A stretch of DNA of 13,993 nucleotides from Geosiphon pyriformis uo1 (lineage: Eukaryota > Fungi > Glomeromycota), in the NCBI GenBank assembly GCA_016748015.1, contig JAAOMT010000305.1:99206-113198 (forward strand), read 5' to 3'. The notes under the pieces were generated by a model that was not told where the DNA came from, made no database searches, and saw only the letters and a program-made list of their open reading frames with translations. The position numbers and the translations under genes were made by a program. Of the stretch, positions 1-10,782 are shown piece after piece (positions within the stretch are counted from its first letter, which is position 1; each line of letters begins with the position of its first letter).

Positions 1-657
1 ATTTATAGGAATATAAAATGTTTGTATAGTAAACAATCTCTAGTTGATGAAATCCATTTGATAAAAAAGGACAAATATGGAAAAGAGAGTTCTCTTAAAA
101 AAAATAAAAATTTTATTTCTGTGTTTCAATATATTATATTTGGGAATTAAATAAATAAATTTTATTTTTCAGTTTTATAGGGCCTTATTTAGATAGCCCT
201 TGATTTCGCCGTATTATTTACTGACAAAAGAGGAAAAATTTTAACACTTTTCTTTCTGTGTTTGCTGAAAGCTAAATAATTGGATCAATTAATTTTGCGT
301 GCTTGACATCTTCTCTAAAAAAGATTCAATTTTTCAAATTCATCAAATGTTTGATTTTATTCCAATCTAAACTATAATCTCTATTCTGAACTAATAAAGC
401 AGAAAACCTTTAAACTAGAGTGAACAAAATATATTTGTGTCAGTATTGAAATAGGTATTATTATGCTAGATTTATATTCTCTCTGTCAAATACTGACACA
501 CGATGTGAACGAAAAATAAAAATAAAATAGTAGTAAGAAAGGGTTAACAATTAAATATAATTATATATTTAAATTCTTAACTTTAAGTAAATAAATAAGC
601 TTTTTTAAAATGATCAATATATTAATTGTATAAAAGTAAATCAAAGAAATAACAAAT

Positions 658-1072
658 CTCTTGGAAAAGTCAATTGTTTGTACAGTTAAAAGATGAATAG
701 TATAAGCTACACCTAAATTAATGGTTGTTGAATAGTATTTTGTGTTGTTATTGTTGTTGTATTCTGCAGTTTCTTTGATGTAGTGTTCTGATTTTAAAAA
801 ATGTACTTCTCAATAGTGTCCTTACCATAAATGTTATTATCATTAACATTTTTCAATCTTTTGGCAATACAAGACGGAAATGGTTTCGGATTTTTTACCA
901 TTTAAAATATCAATCACAAGGTGGTGGTCATGTGAAGGATCGTTAACAGGATGCTTTCTTGTTACTAATTCCCATAATAACATGGTGAAATTACAAATAT
1001 AACCAGCCTTTGAAACATTTCTCCGCGTAAAATTTTTGGCGGTATGTAAAGAATCACCCCAAATAGCTTTTT
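658..1072 (-). pseudogene. TKL-type protein kinase remnant (C-lobe, subdomains VIII-XI plus C-terminal tail)
   Basis: The minus strand reads KKLFGVILYIPPKILRGEMF, then a frameshift near 1012, then SKAGYICNFTMLLWELVTRKHPVNDPSHDHHLVIDILNG. After further shifts it reads FPSCIA..IEKC* and FLKSEHYIKE..STTINLGVAYTIHLLTVQTIDFSKR. This matches the GV(I/L)PY(I/M)(A/P)PE(V)LRG / DIYSF.M..WE / HD..L...I..G.RP pattern and the HP.A.YTSR.L tail of Glomeromycotina TKL kinases. The N-lobe and catalytic loop are absent. Confidence 0.85.
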
Positions 1073-2366
1073 CTACTAGAGATTAATATGCAGAAATAAA
1101 TAAAACATTCAAGATTTTATTTTAATAAATTATTTCGAAACCACGTGATCTCAAACATTTAAAAGCCTTTTTTATTTACATATGAATAATTCTATTGTTA
1201 AAAAAAATTATAATTTCTGGTTCTTGCAAGCTATTTGTGATTAAAACTTCTAAAAATTTATATAATAAAAGCTAAAAGTTAAAATTGATTCTATGCTAAT
1301 ATTTTAATCGAATTAAATTTGATCAAAATAAATGTAATCGGAAATTTTGCACAAATATTTAATGGTGAAAAGTTATTTGAATTTTGATATAGCTTTTGTA
1401 AATTAAAATATATTTTATTTAAAGCAAAAAATTTTATTGGTAAGTTAATGGTAATTAATATATAATAAAATTATAGATCACTATGGAAAAAATTCTTTGC
1501 TCATTTTATTAAAAGTCCTATTTTTCTTTATTTTAACTTTATAGATTTCAATTGTAATATCAAAACTTTTTATGTGATAGTATTAACTATTTTTTAAAGC
1601 TTCTAAAAAAAATTTGCTTAATCATAAAGTAAATAAATATAGCTGTTTTGAGATAAAAATGAATTTATAAAAAAGATAAATTAGTAAAATTTCGAATCAA
1701 TTAACTAAATAAATATTGTAAATTTTTTTAAATGCAAAGGATGTGCCAATCAGTCAAAACAATAATCGGAAAAGCAATTTTTTTATGTTCTTTGCTTGTA
1801 TATTTTTTCTGATTACATGAATGGCACTTCTTTTAATATTGAGCGAGGTAAAATTCTGCGATTAAGATCATAGTTGAGGTAAGAGAAAATTTAATGTCCC
1901 AGCCAAAAACTCAGTTGCAGTCATTTTCAAATTAAATTGCAAAAACAGCTTTTTAGTTGTAAATTTGATCTTCTAGATCGAAGTTGCTTAGCCAATCACA
2001 ATTTCTTTTTTGCTCGAAAATTCAGGTTGAAATCACTAAATTTTCTGCGTGTTACTTTAGCACACCGTTTGAAAAGTCTTTATTTTTTGTAGTGTTTTAT
2101 AATTAATTAACTAATATGCATTTAAACCATATTTTTTACCTTTTGCTCCAATTTTAATCTTAGCTTTAAACTTGACAGATAACTGCTATATTTGTATATA
2201 AATACAATCTAATTAATTAATTAATTGATAGATTGATAGCTAATTTTTTTAAATTGTTGAAACTTTAAAATCAACGATAAATTTCAACACAAGTAACAAC
2301 ATTTTATTTAAACAACAATATATGGTTTTTGAATTTAGCATTGTTGTGAAAATACTGCTTAAAACT

Positions 2367-2367
<1 letters not shown>

Positions 2368-2421
<54 letters not shown>
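2368..2421. repeat. (TAA)18 microsatellite
   Basis: Perfect TAA run, followed by degenerate CAA-like units. Confidence 0.95.
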
Positions 2422-2422
<1 letters not shown>

Positions 2423-4548
2423 CAAAACAACAAGAACAGTAACAACTAAAGAACATTAATTATATTAAAAAAAATATCAGTTTTTAAATTAATAAACACA
2501 CTTTTAAATAATATTTGAAGTTTAAATTTCTAAATTGTAATATTCAAATTAATAATTTTTCTTAAATGTGAACAGTTTTAAATTTTGTTTGTTTTTAAAG
2601 CTAATTTTTAATGTGCAAAGCGTATTTACATTCAAGATACTAAATATTTTGAATTCCACAATTGAGTTTATATTTTTTAAATGAGCAATAAAACATATTA
2701 AGGAACTTAATTAAAAATTATTTTGATTAGAAAAATCCATATTTAATTCAAAATCAATTATGTTGTAAAATTTTAATACCATAGTTAATTTTTTTTTATA
2801 TAAAACCATAAATATAGATAAAATTTTTATAAAAAAATAAGAATATGTTTAATTAATTTTAAATTTTATTAAATTATTATTATTTATTAAAAAATACATT
2901 AAATTAAGGTATTATTATATTAGCGAAATTTATTTTATTTATAATTAAATGTATTTAATCACTATAATTAATGTTTATTTATAAGTGTCTAAAATATTGA
3001 ATTAAGTTTAATTAACTGAAATCAAATCAATAATTTATGTACATTCAATTACAAAGTTGAAAAATGTGCACAGACAATAAGTAATATAGAAATTCATTCC
3101 TCAGTTATATATAATGTATTTTTTTATAAAAATTTTAACTCTTAAAATTATTTTCCACTATTTTCTTAAGATTAGGTAAATAATAGGTTCTTAGATATTT
3201 AAAATTTTTAACAAAAACACTTTTCAAATCGCAGCATAATATTTAAGTTCTCATCAACTTTTTGATTTCACTATTGTATATTTAGTTCTAAAGATAATAA
3301 ACAGCAAGATTAGGCTTGATAGAAAGCATGTTTGAATTTAAAATTTGAAATCAGGCTAATTTTTGATCATTTTGAAATTTGTTCAAAAAAAACTGGGAAT
3401 AAGTTTTTTAATTTAAATAATTATATAATCATAAAATAATGACTTCAAAATTATTCTTAGCTTTGGCTTTGATGTCATATACATTTAAAATATCCACAAA
3501 ATGAGGTGAAAAATATTTTATTTTATTTTAGATTATTATTTAATTATCAGAAATTCTCTTATATTTTTCTTTGTTTTTAGCTTTGTGTGCATTCTGGTTA
3601 TTTACAAAATGAAATTAAAGATAAATATTTCATTTTCAAATAATTTTTTAATTTATATAATGTATCAGAAACAAAAAATTAAGACAATTTATGGTTACAA
3701 TGTTTTTTGAAAATTTCGCTTTTTGGCTTAAATTTTGGTTGTCATAATATATTCAATATATTTGTTATTTTAAAAAGGTAATTGATTTATGCAAAGATTA
3801 AATATTATATTGAATGCAACCTATTAAAAAATGTCATTTTTCTAAGTAATTTATTATATTTTTACATTAACATTAAGTATAATTATTGAGATTTATATAT
3901 AAGATACTATATCAAGTTGCATCAACTTAATGCAAAAATCTAGTATTTTGAATAGTCCAAATTAAAAAAATTTGTTTGCTGGTGACTTGACTTGCTCTAA
4001 GGCTGTATAAGATATTATTTTACTTTGAAATAAGCAGGTTATTAGCTGAATGTCTGCTTTTGACTTAATAAAAATAACAGTCATTCTATTTTCCAAGAGC
4101 ACTTAAGATTTTGGCAATAATATTTTTAACGTGAAACTGTTTGCTATGCCATGCAAAATCAATTCGTAACATTTATTTGATAAAATTTTTTTATAGGCAA
4201 GGGATAATGTTTTGTTCTTCTTGCCATTTTGTTTTCCAGTTCCAAATTAATGAAAAAAAATCTAGCATTAAAATTTATTAGAAGTTCAAATCAAAAGTTG
4301 ATTTGTCATTTTAATAAAAAATATTTTGTTAATTATTATTTTCTTAATTTAAATGATATCTTGAGCCTGAGCCAAAATTATTGGTTGACTTGCTAAGAGA
4401 ATCAATTGAATATAAAAAGTCAGCCAGTGGTATTTTAACTATTAAAGACCCTTTTGTTAATAAAAACAGGCTGCAACTTTTGCCAAAAATAATTTTAATT
4501 TTACACAAATTCAAAGATCATGTGTAAATTCTATAACTGAATTATACA

Positions 4549-4905
4549 ATGGCTGCTTGATAGTAAGTTAGAAAAGAGAGTGGCTGATTTGTCCCAAACA
4601 AACGCTCAAAAGCAAAGAATTCACTTTGGTAGTCTAGAAGAGACCGAAAGGCAATCATGCAAGAAAGCTGTCGAGCCTGAGATGAAAAGCGAATATTTTT
4701 CTGACTAGTTTTATTATATTTCTAATGTTACTTTAAATTATAAAAAATATTTTTAAAAATTTAGGATCTAACAATGATAGCATATCATATGAAGATTTAG
4801 GTACCTCACTTTTTTTTTCGATTGACTTGTTCAATTTAGCGGTTTTAAATTTATTTTTTATCAATTACTGAATAATAGCTTACTTAATTTTAGTAGCAAC
4901 TCCAA
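4549..4905 (+). pseudogene. 5' fragment of a Prp4/PRPF4-like (U4/U6 snRNP) gene with two introns, truncated
   Basis: ATG at 4549 (ATG GCT GCT, then an extra T gives TGA). The shifted frame 4559-4688 reads DSKLEKRVADLSQTNAQKQRIHFGSLEETERQSCKKAVEPEMK. IHFGSLEETERQ resembles the Prp4 N-terminal IYYGSLEEKERE motif. Phase-consistent introns 4689-4764 (GC/degenerate donor, ttag acceptor) and 4801-4893 (GTACCT...ttttag) give exon 2 RSNNDSISYEDL and exon 3 VATP. No SFM or WD40 region follows. Confidence 0.55.
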
Positions 4906-5578
4906 TTTTAATTAAATAATTAGATAAAAATTATTAATATATTGCTATGTCTACACTGTCAAAATGACTAACAGCGATATATTTTAAAGCCCTCATTAAT
5001 AATATCAAAGTGATAATTCCCTTCAATTTAAGCTTTTAAGAGCATCTGTTCGTTGATATTTTCATTAAAATAGATTTAAATGACAATAGAATCATAAGGT
5101 TATTTTGTTGATATTTATGTTCAAATCTTATATAAGAATTTACGGAGCATTGAAAATAGTCAAATTTAGTTCTTTCTATTACTCACAAAGTGAATCTGCA
5201 TTATAAATTTTTTTCTAAGGAAATTTTATTTTAAAAGCTATTTGACAAAAATCTTGAGTTTATTCCATTTTATGAAAATAATTAATTAAAACAAATGATC
5301 AAAAAACGGTGTTTCTTTGCAGATATTTTTTTGGATGGGTTGTTTAGTTCTGCTCTTTCTATTTTTCTATAACAAGAATTATATTATTACACCCCTTATA
5401 AAAAATTACTATGGAACGATTGCTTTTAAATAAAACCTAATTAGAGTTAGAGAAAATTATTCTATTTAAGTGAATTAAATAACTATATATATAAAAATTA
5501 ATAAAAATTCTTAATGGGTTTACGATTATTTTAAAACTTTATAGAAATAAAGAAAAATAGTTAGTAATATAATTGCAC

Positions 5579-5605
<27 letters not shown>
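5579..5605. repeat. (TTA)9 microsatellite
   Basis: Perfect trinucleotide run. Confidence 0.9.
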
Positions 5606-5609
<4 letters not shown>

Positions 5610-6645
5610 TATAATTATTATAATTATTTTAATCGATGGTTCATGGTTCATATCTAACCCCATTTAAATCCATACTATTATCTTTTAAAAATGGCTTTTA
5701 ATTCTAACTTGCAAGTATTTAAAAAAATATATATATCCTAAAACCAGATTATTCAACTTTAAAATTAGTTTCAATCACAATATATTGAAATGATTCTTTT
5801 TTCGCTAATTAGATTAGACAAATACACATCCATATACGCATACACATAAAAATAGATAATTTTACATTTTGGTTAACCTAGTGACCTTTATCAAATTACA
5901 AACCATCATTATCGCTGCCTTATTTTTAGATATATATATTAGAGAGTTATAACCTAAAAAAAGACATATATGGCTGATTTACCTTTGCAGTAATTGGGGA
6001 ACCACATATTTAAATTTAATCATGCTGGAGTCTAGATCACAATTTCTATTATTTTTTGTCTTTTTTTTTTGTTACAGATTGGGCAGGTTTCGTGTATTAA
6101 TTTAATTTTTAATTCGGGATTAAAGTTGAAAATTAGAATTTAACCGATTGAATTTTAAATCTCGAAGTTGAATTTCGATTTATTGTGTGTTTGAACTCTT
6201 ATATCTTAGATGGTTTAAAATCTTAAAATCAAAAATCGATAATTTTTATTAATACAAAAATTTTTGACTTCAAAAAGTTTTATTCAAAATAAGTTAAAAA
6301 ATTTTCTATCATAATAAAAATAAAGCTATTTATTAAATGAATTTCATAAAAAAGTAAAATAAAAGCTTTTTGGTTTATCTTTTGATAACACAATATTCCA
6401 CACTTTGAGCTACTTGATTAATACCTTTTTGAGGTTTAGATATTGAAAAAGAACAAAAAATTCATCTCTTAAAATTAAGCATAATTTATTTACAATACAA
6501 TTCATATTCTCAATTTTTTGAATTTTTTTTTAATTTGATTCAAGATTTCTCTGATTTGGTAAAATAAATGCTGTTGTAAATTGTAAAGATTTCTTAATTA
6601 AAAATATAAAAAAGGTTGTTTTCTTTTCATTGATCATTTCAATAA

Positions 6646-6669
6646 AATCAATCAATCAATCAATCAATC
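6646..6669. repeat. (AATC)6 microsatellite
   Basis: Perfect tetranucleotide run. Confidence 0.9.
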
Positions 6670-6980
6670 AATTAATTAAATAATGGCTTGGTTTTTGTTT
6701 TTATAGCAAGTTTACATATTTCATAGTTAAAAAGTGATTAACAAAAATGATTAGGATAATTTTTGTGTAAAGTAAAATTTGTTTTGAATTCAACTTTTTT
6801 AAATTTAATTTTTTTTAAATATCAAATAATTAAAACATAAAACCAAATTTTTACATTATTTGAATAAATTTTGTTTTAAATAGTTTATTGAAACCGTTAA
6901 AAATTTTAATATTATAATTTTTATCAATATTTAAATTTAAAATTTGTTAAATTTAAAAATAAGTGTTGTAAAAAGAATTT

Positions 6981-7888
6981 NNNNNNNNNNNNNNNNNNNN
7001 NNNNNNNNNNNNNNNNNNNNNNNNNNNNNNNNNNNNNNNNNNNNNNNNNNNNNNNNNNNNNNNNNNNNNNNNNNNNNNNNNNNNNNNNNNNNNNNNNNNN
7101 NNNNNNNNNNNNNNNNNNNNNNNNNNNNNNNNNNNNNNNNNNNNNNNNNNNNNNNNNNNNNNNNNNNNNNNNNNNNNNNNNNNNNNNNNNNNNNNNNNNN
7201 NNNNNNNNNNNNNNNNNNNNNNNNNNNNNNNNNNNNNNNNNNNNNNNNNNNNNNNNNNNNNNNNNNNNNNNNNNNNNNNNNNNNNNNNNNNNNNNNNNNN
7301 NNNNNNNNNNNNNNNNNNNNNNNNNNNNNNNNNNNNNNNNNNNNNNNNNNNNNNNNNNNNNNNNNNNNNNNNNNNNNNNNNNNNNNNNNNNNNNNNNNNN
7401 NNNNNNNNNNNNNNNNNNNNNNNNNNNNNNNNNNNNNNNNNNNNNNNNNNNNNNNNNNNNNNNNNNNNNNNNNNNNNNNNNNNNNNNNNNNNNNNNNNNN
7501 NNNNNNNNNNNNNNNNNNNNNNNNNNNNNNNNNNNNNNNNNNNNNNNNNNNNNNNNNNNNNNNNNNNNNNNNNNNNNNNNNNNNNNNNNNNNNNNNNNNN
7601 NNNNNNNNNNNNNNNNNNNNNNNNNNNNNNNNNNNNNNNNNNNNNNNNNNNNNNNNNNNNNNNNNNNNNNNNNNNNNNNNNNNNNNNNNNNNNNNNNNNN
7701 NNNNNNNNNNNNNNNNNNNNNNNNNNNNNNNNNNNNNNNNNNNNNNNNNNNNNNNNNNNNNNNNNNNNNNNNNNNNNNNNNNNNNNNNNNNNNNNNNNNN
7801 NNNNNNNNNNNNNNNNNNNNNNNNNNNNNNNNNNNNNNNNNNNNNNNNNNNNNNNNNNNNNNNNNNNNNNNNNNNNNNNNNNNNNNNN
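6981..7888. other. Scaffold gap (908 N)
   Basis: Run of N. The two longest ORFs in the supplied track are artefacts of it. Confidence 1.
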
Positions 7889-7891
7889 TAG

Positions 7892-8254
7892 ATAACAATA
7901 CTCAGATTGAAAAAAGTTTTTTACTAGGCAAATAAAAACTTTAACATCTATAAGGAATCCATTGAAAGATTTCTACTTTTAATCCACTTCTTTAACATAT
8001 TATCAGTTGACTTCTATCACAAAGTAAAACCATTTGCGAGAATATTATCTGGAACTTTATACGAAAATCTTTTACATTACCTTGTACTGGGTAGTCATCA
8101 AAAGTCTATAGACGCTCAGCCATTACAATTAAATATTGATTCAAACCTTCTTTAACCACATAATATAAAACAGCTTGATCATTGGATTCAAGATAAAAAC
8201 GAAAATACTTCTTTTAAAGGTCAACTTCAAAATAATTTTAAATTGTTATTTTGA
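7892..8254 (+). pseudogene. BTB/BACK-TLDc-type protein remnant (end of BACK region, linker, start of TLDc)
   Basis: A single frame reads FY*ANKNFNIYKESIERFLLLIHFFNILSVDFYHKVKPFARILSGTLYENLLHYLVLGSHQKSIDAQPLQLNIDSNLL*PHNIKQLDHWIQDKNENTSFKGQLQNNFKLLF*. It fits the W...F..L...LPLIRF..ISS.DF..KV.P...IL...LY..LL..YL / IDS..I...H......WI / FKLL.RGS motifs of Glomeromycotina BTB-BACK-TLDc proteins. Stops: TAG 7925, TAA 8153, TGA 8252. The 5' part lies in the gap. Confidence 0.75.
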
Positions 8255-8773
8255 AACTTTTCTAAAGACAAACAAAACCATTCTTACTTGAAACATGTTT
8301 CTTTATATTTTTTTTCAAATGCTGGTGGCCTAAAATGTATATATGACTTAAAACTAGTGCATAGAAACTTACATCTTGGAAATATCTTTGTTATAAAATC
8401 AAACCTCTTAAAATTTGTCATTGTTGACCTAAGATTATGTCATCCTGCCAATTACTCTCCACAGTCTGACAGAATTTTTGGTGTTATTTGATACTTAGCA
8501 CTTGAAATTTATAACTTGTCCACTCATACTAAGCATATGAAGTATAGTGATATTTATAATTGTGCTATTATTTCCTGAAAAATTATTTCAGGAAAAAGAC
8601 TGTGGAATCATGTCTTAGATTCTATTTTCTTTTAATTATTTACAATTCAGTGAAAGTGTCTCCTAATCTAAAAGCATATAACTCAATATATTTAGAAAGC
8701 AATTAAAAAAATTGGGATGATAAACAGCATTGCTGTAATAGTGCAACAGAAGTTCTTATAATTCTTTAAAATG
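8253..8773 (+). pseudogene. TKL-type protein kinase remnant (subdomains V-XI)
   Basis: ETFLKTNKTILT*NMFLYIFFQ, frameshift, AGGLKCIYDLKLVHRNLHLGNIFVIKSNLLKFVIVDLRLCHPANYSPQSDRIFGVI*YLALEIYNLSTHTKHMKYSDIYNCAIIS*KIISGKRLWNHV...KAIKK, frameshift, NWDDKQHCCNSATEV. These are degraded HRDLHPGN, DLGLC, YLAPE, SDIYS and WE motifs. A probable intron follows at 8774-8844 (GTAAGT...ttttcaaag). Confidence 0.9.
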
Positions 8774-9419
8774 GTAAGTCTTTTATTTATTATTATTATT
8801 TAATGTTATGAGACTATTTTTAAAATAAATGTCTTTTTTCAAAGTTGGATTTGGCTTTTGATTAATTCAGCAATGATGGATGAATTCAAGTTCTGATTAA
8901 AGTGGTAAAGCCAGTAACCACTTTAATAATATTATTATTCATATTTCACTGGAAACAAATAAAGAATTAGAGGGAGAAATCAGGCCTTTATTTATGCTTA
9001 CAAATATGCTATAAACTATCATATCTAGTTTTATTCTCAGCTCTACTTTAAAAGAAGTTTACTTTAATTTATGAATGTAAAAGTTGTTGATTATAAAGCA
9101 TTTTCTTATCAATGTTTAACACATTTTGAAAGCCTAAATTATTGTTTTAAGTAACTAAAAATCACCTAAACCCAAAATAATTATGTTGCAACAAAGTGAA
9201 CTGTAACATTTAAAATTTTTTGTATTGTAAACAAGCTTTGCTACTTTAAGTTCACTCTATATTTCCAACTCTATTTAACTTTATTTGGCTTGTTGCCTAA
9301 TTTTCTATGCATCTTAGACATTTTAGTATAGAGTAAATTACCCATGATAATACAAATAATAAAAAGAAATAATATTTTTTGATAATTGTGATGATTTACA
9401 AGTGTTATACTAAAGTGAT

Positions 9420-10479
9420 TTTTTAATGTGCAATAGTATTTTGAATATTTCAACAAGCTGGTTTCAAATAAATAATTATCACTTTTATCAGTATTACAAA
9501 ATGAACATATAAGAGATCCAGTAATGATTATACTCAAATTACCATATTTAAGACATTTGAAATCATCTGAAAGTTGGTCAAAGAAAGCTTCAAAATTCAA
9601 AAACTCTTTTTTATAATTATTTGACAATTTTAATCCTCAATTTTGAAATTGCAAAATTAAATTTTTTAGGTTATTTTGATTTTGTAAAGTGAGATTAATA
9701 GCATTCAAATTAAGAAAATTACTTCAATAGCTTAAGTTTTTTGCCTCTGCTGCTTTTAAATAGATTTCAAAGGCTTTTTCTAAGTTTTTTGTGGTTTCTT
9801 ATCCATTTTGATAATAAACTTTAAGATTGTGTTGTGCCTATATATTTTCCGCCTCTGCTGCTTTTGAACAGAATTCAAATGCATCTTCAAAGTTTTTTGT
9901 TGTTCTCCATCCATTTTGATAATAAATTCAAAGTTTATGTTGTGCTTGTGTATTTTTCACCTTTGCTGCTTTTGAATAGAGTTTAAATACTTTTTCTAAG
10001 TTTTTCATTATTTCCCATCCATTTTTATAATACTGTTTAAGATTTGATTGTGCCTGTGTATTTCCTGTCTTTGCTGCTTTTGAATACAGTTCAAATGCTT
10101 TTCTTTAATCTTGTAAAACACCAATTTCATTGCTGTAACAATAGCTTAAAAAAAATTATCCAAAAGAATCTTCTGTATTTGCTGCTTTTTGAAATTCTAA
10201 AAATGGTTTTTTTAAATTTTTAGTAGTTTTAATTCCATGTTCTAAAAAAAAACCAAGTAAAATATTGTCTGTCAAATGTTTTAAACTTTTATTATTCAAA
10301 TAATTGAATAGATCTTCAGGTGTTTTCATATTATGCATTAGGTATTTTTTCACAAAATTGGCAACTTTTGAATATTCACTAATTGAAGAATTGGCTAAAT
10401 TTTCTCTGATAATAATTGACACTCTTTCAAATTAGTCGAAGTTTAAGATTGCATTTTTAATTGATAAAGTTAAAGCCAT
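9420..10479 (-). pseudogene. Sel1-like repeat (SLR) protein pseudogene with Cys-rich tail
   Basis: One frame without indels from ATG 10479: MALTLSIKNAILNFD*FERVS...LLGFFLEHGIKTTKNLKKPFLEFQKAANTEDSFG*FFLSYCYSNEIGVLQD*RKAFELYSKAAKTGNTQAQSNLKQYYKNGWEIMKNLEKVFKLYSKAAKVKNTQAQHKL*IYYQNGWRTTKNFEDAFEFCSKAAEAENI*AQHNLKVYYQNG*ETTKNLEKAFEIYLKAAEAKNLSY*...FKCLKYGNLSIIITGSLICSFCNTD...LLKYSKYYCTLKN. The track ORFs 10156-10422 and 9271-9627 are in-frame pieces of it. Eight in-frame stops (10432, 10156, 10105, 9928, 9838, 9799, 9724, 9637). The 3' end is approximate. Confidence 0.92.
9733..10260 (-). repeat. 108-bp tandem coding repeat (36-aa Sel1 units, about 5 copies)
   Basis: The anchor GCTGC (KAA codons on the minus strand) recurs at 9749, 9857, 9965, 10073 and 10181, an exact 108-bp spacing. 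Confidence 0.95.
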
Positions 10480-10782
10480 GATTTTCAAATAATACAGATA
10501 AGTTAAGTTATCAAGCCTTGAATATTTTCTATGAGTAAAGAAAAATTTTTAACAAGTTCGTTTTGCTATTAAATAGAGATTTCAACATATAATTTTTTAA
10601 ATTACATTCCCAAACAGGTTAGGTTTTGAGAGAAATTTGAAATGCCAGAATATTCTGAAAATAAATTTTACTTTATAAAGGTTAAATTACTTCATATATA
10701 TTGTTTAAATGGGCAAAAAGTGCACTATGCTTATAATTATATCATCACTATTTTTAATTTAAATTTTTAAGTTACACTCTAG

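Noticed and set aside
4945-6050. Scattered exon-like patches and splice-like signals
   Set aside because: No consistent frame or recognisable motif on either strand.
6924-7898. The two >300-aa ORFs in the supplied track
   Set aside because: They consist almost entirely of N-gap codons.
8030-8215. Protein-like minus-strand reading (KKYFRFYLESNDQAVLYYVVKEG...)
   Set aside because: It is the antisense shadow of the plus-strand BACK/TLDc-type frame, which carries the recognisable motifs.
9271-9627. Independent 118-aa CDS
   Set aside because: It has a TTG start and is in frame with the upstream Sel1 pseudogene. Its 3' half appears to run into unrelated sequence.
9733-10260. Periodic repeat as a CRISPR-like array
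   Set aside because: The period is 108 bp (36 codons) with similarity along the whole unit and no unique spacers. It is a Sel1 coding repeat.
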